DNA from: an uncultured Bacteroides sp. | GTDB lineage: Bacteria > Bacillota > Clostridia > Christensenellales > CAG-917 | Length of the DNA: 64,000 bases | Direction of reading: 5' to 3' | Assembly (NCBI GenBank): GCA_964499325.1 | Contig: CAZCKS010000002.1 | Coordinates: 59 to 64,058, forward strand | Shown here: in pieces, positions 59,601 through 63,300 of the stretch | Numbering within the stretch: position 1 is the stretch's first letter | Layout: each line of letters begins with the position of its first letter | Notes under the pieces: model-generated | What the model was told of the DNA's origin: nothing | Seen by the model: only the letters and a program-made list of their open reading frames with translations | Database searches by the model: none | Program-made: the position numbers and the translations under genes

Positions 59601-61880
59601 CAAGCCCTTGAACGTTTCGCCCAAAGACGCATCGGGAAGATCTACTTTGATGTTGGCAAGAGAGCCTTTAAGCGTCTCAAAGTCGATGTCAAGACCTGTA
59701 GAAACGTTGATATGCAACAAGTCCGCATTCAACTCGCCGTTTTTGAGGATGGGCAAATATTTGTCCGCATTCTCTCTTACGTTTGCAAATGCGTTTGCAA
59801 AATATTGTTCGTTTTCGACTTTACCAAAGGTAATTGCACCGATAAGAGCAAGATCGAGGTCAAGTCCGTCCGTATTGTCGGAATTGGGGATATAAATGCC
59901 CGTCTCGACTTCAAGGCGTTTTTCCTTTTGACCGCCGTCGTTTACAAGAGCAAGTCTTGTCTTGTCTGTTTTAAGCGGAATTTTTGCACTTGCATTGTCG
60001 CCCGTAAATATAAGGCCAAAGAGCATATCGAGGACGTCTTGCGTAAGAGCAACGGAGATTTCTCTGATGTTGAAGATGTTTTCGTCCATCTCAAACTTAA
60101 TGCAGTTGACAATCGTTGAGATGAGGCTCATGACGTCGACGTCGCCGTCTGCCGTCAAGGCATTGTGTTCAACAACAATGTCTCCGCTTTGGAGCATCGC
60201 TTGATATTGTGCGGATGCCGTTGCGTCACTGTTTACCGCATTGAGAACGGTGTCAAAGAGTTTGTCAAGCAATTCGTCGATAAGTTCGTTGACGTTGATG
60301 TCGTCAATTCTGAACTTCGTACCACTGTCGCCCAACACACCGCTTGCGTCAATATAAACGCCTTCGAGTGCGCCGTCATAGTATGCGCCGAGTCTGGTTT
60401 TTCCACCGTTACCGCGCACCTCTGCCAAAATTTGCGTCTTGTCTTCATCCTTGGTGTTGATGACGCCTTGCAAAACTATGGAGAGTTCGATTTTTTGATT
60501 GTTTATAGTTATATCTTTCGCAAAGAGAGGAGCGAGAGACTCCAACATCTCTGCAGATACGTTTGCAGTGAGAATATTTGAAATGAGTGTGCCAAAGGAG
60601 CCTATAGCGTCGTTGATTGTCACCGTACCGTCTTTGAGGTTGAGTGAAAGCGTTATAGATGCGTCGAGAGTGAGGAATGAGTATTTATTTGTGCTGTTTT
60701 CTACGTTCGCATAGAAGTTGTCGGAGGTGTCTTGACCTTCAGCAAACGGAACGTTGTCTTTATTGCGGTTTTTGAGCATTGCGACAACGTCGATATCCGG
60801 AGTGCCTGCAAATTCGGCTTTTGCATAGCCGAGAGAAATGCCCACTTCGGATTGGAACACGTCGTATCTGTTTTGAACCTCTTCCACCCCATAGGAGTTG
60901 AAGTCCGTATCGATGTCAAATCTGATTCCGGCAAGAGAGTTGTCTCTGATGTCCGCTTCGAGATAGAGAGCCACACCCGCCAAAGAGCCGAGTTTGCCGA
61001 GGTCGAGTCCCAAAATATCCTTCACGAGATCCGTGATGTTTTCGGGGATAAGACCTTGCAAAAGCGGAACAAGACCTACGATAAGTCCGAGGTCACAAGG
61101 AATTTGCAATATTGCGTGTCCGCTACCATAATCAACGTAACGGGCTTGGTTTCCGCCAAGAAGGATTGTCGTTATCAAACTCTCAACAGTCATGCTGGCA
61201 ATGTCCATCTTGATAAGACTGTTGATGAGCGAGCCGATGTCATAGCCGAGAAGTTTCTCAAACAACAATTCGGAAATATTAAGTTCGGAAAGGAATGCGT
61301 CGAATTTCTCGACAAGTCCGCCGAGATCTATATCATCCGTCCACACAACGTTTACGCCCTTCTTGATACCGCGCATATCGGCAACAAGTTTGCCCTCATA
61401 GTAATATGCTCCGAACAAGAGTTTGCCCTCTCCGCTGTTGGAAAGGCTTGTAATCGTATCGGCGTCTATGGTCAATCCGGCAAGTTCCGTCGTCTTGAAT
61501 TGTCTAAATTCAATCAAGATTTCGCTTGTATCGTCGGCTTGAGATGTCGCTTCGGTATCGATCTTGCCTGCAAAGCGCATTGTCACAAGGCTGTCATAAG
61601 CGTCTTTGGCAAAACCGAGGATAAACGTTGTATCCACCGATATGTAGCGAGACCCCTTACCGCTCTCCGCTCCCGCATTAAGTGCGGATTGCTTGAATAT
61701 CTGCCAAGCAACTTGCGAATCAAGCGTCGTCTTATTATCGACGATCGGGCCCGGTGTGGGCGTCGGAATAACAGGCGTTGTCGAGCCGTCTTCTTCCGTC
61801 GTATTACAAGCAACGAGACTGAACAGCATTACGCTGACCAGCACGAGCAACAATACGAGTGTTAACTTTCTCATTCTCAT
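35643..61880 (-). CDS. giant (8,745 aa) modular surface lipoprotein, function unknown
   Basis: This is a single stop-free frame of 26,238 nt. The context is GGAGGAG SD, then ATG, then the signal peptide MRMRKLTLVLLLVLVSVMLFSLVAC with a lipobox. About 14 divergent modules are followed by a C-terminal Ig-like array. It has its own consensus promoter and terminator. Confidence 0.9.
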   Translation of the reverse strand: MRMRKLTLVLLLVLVSVMLFSLVACNTTEEDGSTTPVIPTPTPGPIVDNKTTLDSQVAWQIFKQSALNAGAESGKGSRYISVDTTFILGFAKDAYDSLVTMRFAGKIDTEATSQADDTSEILIEFRQFKTTELAGLTIDADTITSLSNSGEGKLLFGAYYYEGKLVADMRGIKKGVNVVWTDDIDLGGLVEKFDAFLSELNISELLFEKLLGYDIGSLINSLIKMDIASMTVESLITTILLGGNQARYVDYGSGHAILQIPCDLGLIVGLVPLLQGLIPENITDLVKDILGLDLGKLGSLAGVALYLEADIRDNSLAGIRFDIDTDFNSYGVEEVQNRYDVFQSEVGISLGYAKAEFAGTPDIDVVAMLKNRNKDNVPFAEGQDTSDNFYANVENSTNKYSFLTLDASITLSLNLKDGTVTINDAIGSFGTLISNILTANVSAEMLESLAPLFAKDITINNQKIELSIVLQGVINTKDEDKTQILAEVRGNGGKTRLGAYYDGALEGVYIDASGVLGDSGTKFRIDDINVNELIDELLDKLFDTVLNAVNSDATASAQYQAMLQSGDIVVEHNALTADGDVDVMSLISTIVNCIKFEMDENIFNIREISVALTQDVLDMLFGLIFTGDNASAKIPLKTDKTRLALVNDGGQKEKRLEVETGIYIPNSDNTDGLDLDLALIGAITFGKVENEQYFANAFANVRENADKYLPILKNGELNADLLHINVSTGLDIDFETLKGSLANIKVDLPDASLGETFKGLLIDVLLELGNIKGGLGIEISADIDASDGLDLDAILKSTAKIAITNSSRETVLAIYLQDGVLYLDASLLNSINVSKIKVNISELISSLGTNDSATDASDAIVAEDEEGMDVNAIIGFIANIFQGVSFGNNALEIAVGGGILDELLDMLNIEGVTIAFENSDIQGGLRVALNDGLNLNELEIGLYIGLGNSLNASIALNGISAGLTDGCVHYLPDEQAQEFISILDYPYISFDITLGLDLKADEGTTIAQFGIAGTHWYDESTSEYVAIADKAVPTGYTGKLYYKDETSGLYVVETLNSTSFSFDKQISLNYEFRIAGQLDLSPIISYLFGENEINTKNNTTSLLIELTGKKGTNPVQVLLGLYYVGGELYVDASNFGVNRLKTNIDLYEVILGLLAKDSTISINGNGAIGDAMVASDGTASEDVAKQQLALSIIALLSSDSLKIELAEGLTEIVYALIGIDANDVSAWIDIAWDQLEEHDGKAFRVGGEIKNDAGKETGSAQIYAKDASLNIGDRKVATDDIVIVRDGTELKLNEYLQDLLFDDAGLFNDFGDITIPNIFAEIKGTISLGTKAGNEQWTIGEWIANFLDDTSSDLNSFISELLLQFNTDDTVSDIGFRIALNVRLNPDAPIDLTQNVSFKRYSAYSQTLANMVEVYKLDDGKYVLLTDAERTSYTGAVYVKHYQKGGIALDAQAYDATFRGEAFVEMGGTYVKVNVTDDNAESFKDVALYSVASALDIGYILSHSDLAIEIYNKNINEVDNMSASEKLECVILALRLVYAGELNGQTVSTLYLDLKDDFHVALTNIPLESLLGGLLTPSDDAEAVAYTSADESAEDGGLDIMGIIGSSLGNIISHIGIGGDGIEVNFAQALVATVVSMLTGKQIAPEKFLQLNSDNSYISFVWKNGYKLELNVEASPLEMGFELCPINIELGVDGGILPDDFDASVYTSFENLNTLSLNLELGLRVDLKKQDEEIRLENYLDLLIKDLGLKLGIDFQDDITLDLGLTLGANLVLNDANSSQILIEIKDNEENKNIFAIYVNGGDIYFDFGDLGREPFYLKDTNIAEVVCNTIADLLGDLNSVIGGDGDASVASDDVDEYSAEQKMQAILTIADGKMGVLVMQNVIVGLIAALTSGDASSDIDIAELLEKFNLDLSVGVDFQIKPSIKFDLNVDSNLIALGVSVKDISLATGDDTPISQNIKNKVSDEIKSKVNNKDKYTELTEAHIIALDLSVIVDYYGSATYTFVDDEKIGTYAPADRYSYESSNNRFVQDNNGNYIREGFKFDTLLDYLFGMESLQDILATMLPQIRFDTTDQELGVEMVNNAISLGSLLERFGLSLVLSDKIDDGFKLDINVRLNLEDMGMNDLANIDLDNLNLDIETILKGLEAHIGIDFTYELGEDSTSKLDIYLLSGVLYLDASGIGGPRIQVDILDLLSALGIDLGGNSSDDAIVADESADSSLDVMGIINSLIKNVVVSKNLWGAKDLNNAIGGLGIFFRSEAINDLLSLLLKTNINNDMVLLDDGHSGIFLYPQKQFGDDDMLALELKATLANRKDPASVENNEEYQQYTWDLLVGVNAQFTLESTDTYQPMLDIDESRNFISLNEYVDNILGLINGFNGEVYRKEESPVQDGEYYVFVSDVNGGYVLKANMYRPINAGETVADSERYARIPATVNAEGKATYFVEDANGGYVYDAQAKTYVAYDESAHAGATRYNYVTEELTKVQLYNKGTKAVYEDQNIGLSVSGLIYFNSQSAEAVNAGGLISNLFGDMIINLQTLSAFNAGIGVRISANVDLAALDLAGLLSGAGIDAFIANSDLDKVELAIEFIEVDANGFFATYSNGEEKVLGGLYLNHDTLYIDLTKVVGTAENYSKIDNFMSFAKQVADKISSISGSDAQTASDVEPYAEERAIAVRDALIMLAYSDTHFQIQITRALIAFVLSTLMPDLGSIEEVFDVFNVSLGVDFGKTQYRLLSELTEQELAAIPDIDKYKYNGDSETAFAEVQDTQLDMYYATETGYYTSNRILYEMNDAGQYEATSKQYDAEGTYYIAPDSQYELVTGIAYGKYIHQNSDYYGLVRFGGAEEKVSLNNYKMYTRQNGARVQTSTYIKGNTFVLYNGNEVAIEKLYDYQYGYVKYNGIDNIDDYTYYRTVELFDSIDEYYLGLDIAVGCVNLGLKLGGLNLTVGGGKELLPDYIRDQKEHSYVNEKGEEVQYESSLSDTEKDKFEEIKTNPFYDTIITLGFSVELELGITEGTLDLGQILSTIVGNLTGIVVEMPSTSKGYSSAHFRLDVSLMMDIYDLTNSELKIELLNITETGYESLWLGAYYVNDTIYLNLEEAFNIQKVAIGGLNIADLLGDILIDFSDDDDYFTFGATDASNADAFVAGGSVANGDVDFSNKDLALSMLINKDLLTIALGDKLFDTILEYIPEDLLGFDIKDLFYQEINGSLQLKLDTSDKINLEASVALGLDGERFTSVSINDVKNAQKAGKLFIDNTSDVQGIADTEEERYYYFAVAEDGNYVQGNDGQYMRAISPTDDVNGVTRYARYRIVDVFENAETDKPAQIKVRKVVDNGSNDGSEKLDDTVVSITISDTLKVYNFVEGASANKSYSSDGAKYDTALELMLAIKDLDIAFTNSRTYVLSGDELKEYTNFDDVDRFTLEETIDISTSFSYKNDIDLSTVLATFIPGLTQEQLLVIQSQSDTNGDVDRSLQLVIKADIQVAALLNYFRTELIKYAGDSDQFDGDMDLFSVIELLGQVIGSIGDAELGEIVANIASFVNLSLVIQTKGGNDSDYHDLLGIYMAGGTFELLDEANGDLDETNENYVAPENRFDHYFETKNGSYYRDSNGKYQLIQSDEYAGTRYSYDSSYCYSNEKGRYKRVNGGLFIDLSYFNIPSVKVDASEVRKLVGSLFTLGATDDAMTADGELADDTSVFPLVKDDSILGYIRSLAYGMQVTSRYIKVLTQPDIINQLLKLLMGEDAVQFDEAGFQNKSALTIFTDNTRYTYDNRADVIANATNAINNTQNETERINARKDLVSKLEQSKNLFKVEESANGIYYIDDDNAYTQKSDMSTLERAEYDALVATGVKKYYNVTMVKTYINVGGKYMLYSDASQSQVNASVKDSALAQIGVSMPQLYVASGNGYVAVDNSEYSVVRPLEARNAFISLDLFLWDYEVSLNINAPHVGVTEFLYADVTNENGNDVATDKYGNKYENIAKGAYYVNTDEIIYTSVDKEADGMDNWELDYYDGANFSAEKYAQAPRYYEYKNSYYVIDKDTLYVKEGKNYVLATSTSKNNGAFPNYLEDIQKNDTQYYVATGVSYTPIQRVFIYKQEKYNTEKKVLLSELREQLIASGLSEAEADAQLDAQSKHIKVQQDSTVLPPDFSDAKYADYAYKTYVDTEDLYYLSLTLSGSVFLQAGKIYFSYADYVSAYKEIKKTEPNDSDISEYFYKKVQGDYVKVSSTDNIANLKKDGNLYVWVNEALGDKYSGVNEALGDVLGGLLGGMKGTFQVTEDMTFNVYFTLRLNLGFKLYILPSFGIDVRDLDVAIDVWGEQNDKYSIGNGQYAYISTADRNAGDYDVKLLDGTKPHLFGLYYNNDQETGKAGLYLDLESLLGKDAKVYVDMSKYSLEDLISGLVGGLMSDDDAMTADEYTEKYNNDKQGTDKMGLYVNIFTNAIALNVTSGFVKVLMNELLTDSSSIVDMLPNFKVYVKQDLNPYQLTLGAILFNEQGDIPVINFGFNLQGLNGERGTSSMIEFGKKEDILANQTGSNNIFYYANFHRDNSNTNYSNYYGKNFDEKDFVKLYRDVDGNEYYAKENGGYELTKKDDNSGLYTAKVNAKGGYALYKSVNGTTVTNYGPEDRYVKADTVMEEIKESRRYSLGSPYRTEYQSTVYTDISGQYVLVQEKLNNISNSDYRYLANSKQFGAFNGTLYVLDEDDNYIKVSKSDIQGFTGSGSLQYAKMGEYSANETEKKGAVVVDGVTYYPIDPNGDGYTDMYEADGFTAYTSGANYSGVLYTRTQTTKKVGENTYTYSTYTASKVTTASYTSGEYFYPNAPQKAYKMTSDFTNYSKIVDLNLNDLLNGATLDIASMLGDLNSVEIGASVGINMKLSDIINWTYQLTRFIDDENICDYLYFIASSMEDAYTSFTSTIGLNLDLKVYLQTAGLLRMLAGDGEATILDVLEGAKIYLEIQYATNYHGNIDPPTAKLWAEIIGGKLYVMLDAEEIGRELGWGDFFSYGVINGLNLGTLLGGDSSSSAVVAVDDDENVDTGVLPENIWSVVNLVLGRLLIANDFVTIGLNETLLADLVAMFADSDSEILQGIAQFLPKLYTTNDKDTSGLTINLYNNQPSIDINLGFKVGTEFYLTVEEYNAQYGANGSHINRGNGITWTSNMTTFTKDSDGNYTVAKSFDNANYVLVSTDEYALISYAFPQWTGDRYAYDASTGTFTKNSAGNYLKQGDFRLSITMGGLYARFNKDFSVDKAETFADRDSKGNIVKDEEDNPTYDKYVSLKTLKLGLDMSIDISLYGSGNTQNNANVIDLSELLDLIVGLIDPNSAISGSSLQLLITNAIGNNTDAYLKMQLSANIDLENWMAELGLRIVRNSNIDGETTLMGIYLVRENGVDNLYIDLQGILGDSAKICIGGLNLGGKTGLLYSLLGKMLETDDTVTEEGEAGTSDASDIKTIEDAMRDYAYLMITVNPQKLLLQLNADLINVIYRKIQQIRGLDYSENLLPDLGDILLRGETRVYEKLTDAEKATYEGSRFRYENGNYIYDANGDYKYVPGATRTSLSIRLSDGLYFGVDIPAASMSKTLINMSGKYGPFNSSDYGEPILMLDLNNLINEGGSIDLSGLNLPTIGFTANIDVTLSTDSTVSPEGDKDKYSRSFANWIVELLTTMLDGTSMFGTFEELEGAEKTSYTGKTYNYDGATRTYVAAEEGTIGTHKFVMADINLRMPADILELTIALKANLNLGTIITYGIGGILYSDIALEIKDKTLNKTILSVYYLGSSALKKSGNSWELTDEDGTVFSDAIYIDASGIGLGKIKFQGLSGLLGATPYNQVPTDAVASADGTTSASTSASEALALSIGIENGKMSVTLERSVIDALLAMLNLDLKSMLGVDLPPIQQVSLDIMTSTKGLNSINLGADLDSVGTSVALGINDINFAFRGEAFSSKDTINSVKAGYAGLTFSSTSGMMSLIQNVIDNLNPGLSINIQNKVWQAMADGTKMDGLSTSSAVKGDHATSSITLDLLKEYLYTNQVENESGGKKYNLRLNLTAKGVTSSGASVQRSKTSLVGIIGGNNAFLTNIAVDGTLISWVKNLSDFLDCIDLTSLLGLEYPLIGLVSGTDGDNSTYTYPSSASIASDDATIAGNNELSSTSSGWNKKKTAYTYSANMSGLIKSLDVNLLNDYGYWPYYSGATISTSSIGKMSIKMTLDKDAYNELAIMITTIVMGLMQEGIDGEDGEVFFADVEKLGDDKVAWTKSGAQISSVGNTDEITKFFDGLDALVQRGATTAEKALYVEPFARSLPATLLKWVIVCLVEPAINISMVNWGTIRSVANDSLVDIQKLIGGILPIPFASGEIDPSINIYIDLDPTPSEYGCSNCTMQPGVQAIEIMVNGKKTGPDSNGNYSGTSMLYNKTSTSYGNFKYGLQPDGTTTDINDNAWDFFMLRITPYSTTHSDYYTGMLTFDDSNSAETISGQTKAPTEIVIKDPATRTGTAVYSGGEEKEFALRDSYFFDETYFPQMADVTFGNGYHSYNADTPYMDAWGTHIVWDAASVNLTAARDNDTNGRWLAGYVYGYALNTVLYAIPVYVTNDFDQTGIRAYDANTDANGNVTGFKAKDIILDLDSTSKTFRTTLPNLVQISFSAGTYTFGTVATDSTGSTMYAVVRDGNGGYKMLAQPSQDEIDDGTATANTNKDGNKYYILPAYIQGLETNEKGEYVTVELEDITYCVIDLSKMPKGRNFPAGIITWDTDDFTYNWQGNTSWKESDANNVIKVGYSYQWGDSNTVNKTLEITAKNYKISRLTNMTKADGTRVNFTSERDDDGNYTTIYKISALDLATSDLASYIDAFTSAQVKYVVGASIPTMDLDWDLSELNSAIDALRNEDGTINYYKGLEATVTAKLGGNMFKVSTTVTQTTLSSTTVGFVGKEETYTGNFAQEVKVKIIVTGSEFSSLNGAVTFDPYSAKEITAQSLGSAFDINFKGVDESQKVSVGNKLSVEAPFVKIDDDKYVSATGKYALGENDITYDGYKGEYPLYAKFTIGTEFSGKQEHYLPISIDTTAPTTVNVNVAHEDTFNPTWYKGDDYKSFNVSFGINTTHTMYPDWTTVKYYTNARCTTLKAEQSIYSGGTIYAQVDAYVYENNDSDGNALGLVQTKDSDGNTVLKAQTITLKLNVEQQQIASVNFFYDSTVGDIYSMSAEQREAIKSKLTDKDYYTGTVYAQTHIANGEAFGIAPIAFAKDSTAYFTSGEWGDINGTIVLVNLKKGTYSGKRYSIAESVNGTYKYDADSKKYVLIAGEYSGTRYSFTEAEDGDFKYEMAKKTYVQLTAGERGDSYLAYVNGWTSRVDNIGVTGVEKTVYAIIGNNTKVLVNVNAPSSEVTNVAFAFGSNALTQEGNEPSTLNLSYNVLEAWNLPASATVTLKEGKAPISTAVYWTNLASPTRDEIAMDDNGVYVERQYHFFDESDIRYPSTGEFTAKVYLDNFNANVTVTPNGQADKYNVFAPFTFVDTATVVANGTTYNNVPLKWADTSMPTADEIKQGWFERQAYVTISASGNVDELVSYTQHITINNNFTLEGLNGSYADGFSIERKGVDFFKGLPTNSVVKLDGAQNANVTLAWSDSYDNNGFSGVMTLTITGENLTTTVDVNVNVEGASIIGIAGYDEKTPFVFDPYWSASDATFFKSGSALKVDTTAGVADGVIVTYSLAQIDPNNLKSDADFYANISKYFGKKYTIDITYNYVGGASAMSETGKINIVIGDRTILFISDYEYRALVIDTFLTSDASGLKNELMVTTIGSWDGVLAYFDWSYVDSLIKSKKSNTSYRATAIVGIESADGDYVYVDADGDGKKEYVAVKDFEGELADETRYYLAKQKVSVPVTVLDRTIVDGEILITNSNLEVKHVDTKYSTITDTLIGKEEGSGRYVEIVYDKDSGMPTDYVIYNNFAYVGGEYLPHYMQLTFASGDKGVYYVTYEGAPTAEDMESVTKTLEKTMTVRTWNVNPAEVAEGEAFEVMPSFEMKIKVKASKVTAFNSNIAYNNMSVGDYRYSFSPYASESDSVFNTSNYADTFTYYVDGQFISVRNWMWDGKTMEAGKPTYNSTYTKRHDIYNVYTVDGCGDIRGLESGAALYTLKNGTKTYTLYTGEVKADDENKTYTDANGNDLYVFIYVTTQTLNAEWNTSSAEYGYKGGTTSVKATATSRLEGNNANASVEVAVNIKSAKITADDVTLLGDSTQNKFWSANSNAFVIDPFSTVDGGVFKRASGYTGDRYEEATVSTTGYEKNNLDGKYKYVEVTENGTTEYKYVELSDEELDRNYAYFPTQMKVTIDGVETTVPVVWDFGGVNFSYAGGTFTAYALINYDGEYNYSGNKMNAQKVPFTVQIGNRSVQSVVSNSTLTALTGWNGTSTYINPYDYVKPTMPNTLTVTVLKANSTTATENRTYSTTSTTQNLAWNFSKFRPSYEGGVIYVTAKLTDIDGVVQNYDIPFLVQKMVVSSIDYNVNKSATATKRFATNVSDTSTYATSSAVSNGKASAKFVINPYDANSLKLPVSYKVNFNVYKPTYTGGVVTMSTTATTAEKTFNYTLVSMPASYKYTVSASGITSDIAGKSAIIQLGTQERISVEIAVASTTNLANTTVTAPITMSDTTVTALNLTYGTNNVPVAWFGTATVYDLAGQVVIASYAVTLSSARETTLLPPTFGARKVVYQLYAAVGTVIDASGDIVTTREATDSDVATGVVKGQIIPEYQVKSSLVTLTYEGGAWKKA

Positions 61881-61940
61881 AATCTCCTCCGAGGCACACG
61901 CGTGTCCTCACGTATGTGCGATAGATTATTATACGCGATA

Positions 61941-61969
61941 ATTATAGCGTTTTTTCATGCGCTTGTCAA
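61941..61969 (-). promoter_or_regulatory. perfect consensus sigma-70 promoter of the giant gene
   Basis: On the minus strand: TTGACA (61964-61969), a 17-nt spacer, then TATAAT (61941-61946). It lies about 60 nt upstream of the ATG. Confidence 0.7.
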
Positions 61970-62355
61970 TATAAATTCTCTTTTTAGAGGACATACTAAA
62001 CCTTGTGGTGCACATAGGCACCACACACAACACGTTGTGATTTTTAATGTGAAAAAGATTAAATCTCGAATTGTGTCGAAAATTTTGTGCGAGTTTGACA
62101 TATTTTGTCAATTTTTGCGTTTTTTGCAAATCTTTACGTTTTTCAACAATCTAACACGGTATATCTACATTTTTCACCACAAAATAAACACAAACACAAC
62201 AGAACACATTTCCCGTTAGAATTCGCGAAAAAAGTTTTTTCAAGAACAAATTTTTATCGCTTGTCGTTTTTCTTGTTTTGTCGACATCAAAAACAATTTT
62301 TCGATATTCTAACGCACTCAAATCCACCTAAAAATATGATAAAAGTTGGTTGCGA

Positions 62356-62384
62356 TTGACACGATTTGTAATTGGTGATAATAT
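62356..62384 (+). promoter_or_regulatory. putative promoter of the DUF1624 gene
   Basis: TTGACA (62356-62361), a 17-nt spacer, then TAATAT (62379-62384). The ATG starts 8 nt after the -10. Confidence 0.5.
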
Positions 62385-62391
62385 TTTCAAT

Positions 62392-63300
62392 ATGCAAAAC
62401 AATTATGTAAAAAGCCCTCTCGTTACGGAAGATACCGCCGTTACGACAATACCCAAAAGAGAGCGCAAACGCGTCTGGGAAATAGACTTTTTAAGAGGTC
62501 TTTGCGTGCTTTTGATGATACTTGATCACCTCGCCTTGTTGCTTGGTGAGTTTTTCGGTCCGTCTTGGTATGGCGTCGGCTTCGTAAGACGAGGCGTAGG
62601 CGACGCTTTTACAACGTTTTGCTATAATTGGATAAACAGCAATGCAAGAGATATAATTCACCCGATAGTTTTGTTTGTTTTCTTCTCCATTTCGGGCATA
62701 TCCTGCACATTTTCACGCTCAAACACAAAACGGGGTTTTATTTTGCTCGGCGTTGCCCTCCTCTACACGCTCGGCTCGTACATTGCGCAAGAGGTTATGG
62801 GTATAAGCGGTGTTTTCGTTGCATTCGGAGTGCTTGATTTTCTTGCTGTTTCCATGCTTTTGTATGCGCTTGTAGCGTTTTTGTGCAGAAATAACCGCTG
62901 GGCGATTATAGGAGTGAGCACGGTGCTTATCATTGTCACGCTTTGCCTATATTTCCTCTACACACCGCCAGAAGGAACGCCGATAATATTTGCGATATTC
63001 TTCCCTCCACGCGATTTTCACGGCAATCACACCTTCTATTATCAGTCCGAATTTTCTCCGGGCGACCTTTTCCCGATGATACCGTATACTGCATTTTATT
63101 TTGCAGGCGTGCTTATGGGACAACTTCTCTATTATTCGCGCACATCATGGTTCTCATATATCGACGGAGCCTGGAACAAGCCCGTGTGTTTTATCGGCAG
63201 ACACGCGCTCATCATCTATGTCGTGCACGTGGTCTTGCTTGCTGGTATATTGGCTCTCATTTCAGGGTTGTTTATAACCCCGGGAGATTTTGGAATATAA
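62392..63300 (+). CDS. DUF1624 / heparan-alpha-glucosaminide N-acetyltransferase-like membrane protein
   Basis: The translation contains RVWEIDFLRGLCVLLMILDHL followed by multiple TM helices. The start was trimmed to the ATG at 62392. Confidence 0.7.
   Translation: MQNNYVKSPLVTEDTAVTTIPKRERKRVWEIDFLRGLCVLLMILDHLALLLGEFFGPSWYGVGFVRRGVGDAFTTFCYNWINSNARDIIHPIVLFVFFSISGISCTFSRSNTKRGFILLGVALLYTLGSYIAQEVMGISGVFVAFGVLDFLAVSMLLYALVAFLCRNNRWAIIGVSTVLIIVTLCLYFLYTPPEGTPIIFAIFFPPRDFHGNHTFYYQSEFSPGDLFPMIPYTAFYFAGVLMGQLLYYSRTSWFSYIDGAWNKPVCFIGRHALIIYVVHVVLLAGILALISGLFITPGDFGI

Noticed and set aside
61929-62129. A 66-aa highly basic ORF, and overlapping plus-strand ORFs 61902..62219 and 62105..62359, lie in the AT-rich divergent promoter region.
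   Set aside because: The start is TTG with no SD. The ORFs overlap the consensus promoter of the giant gene, and their composition simply reflects AT-rich intergenic DNA.
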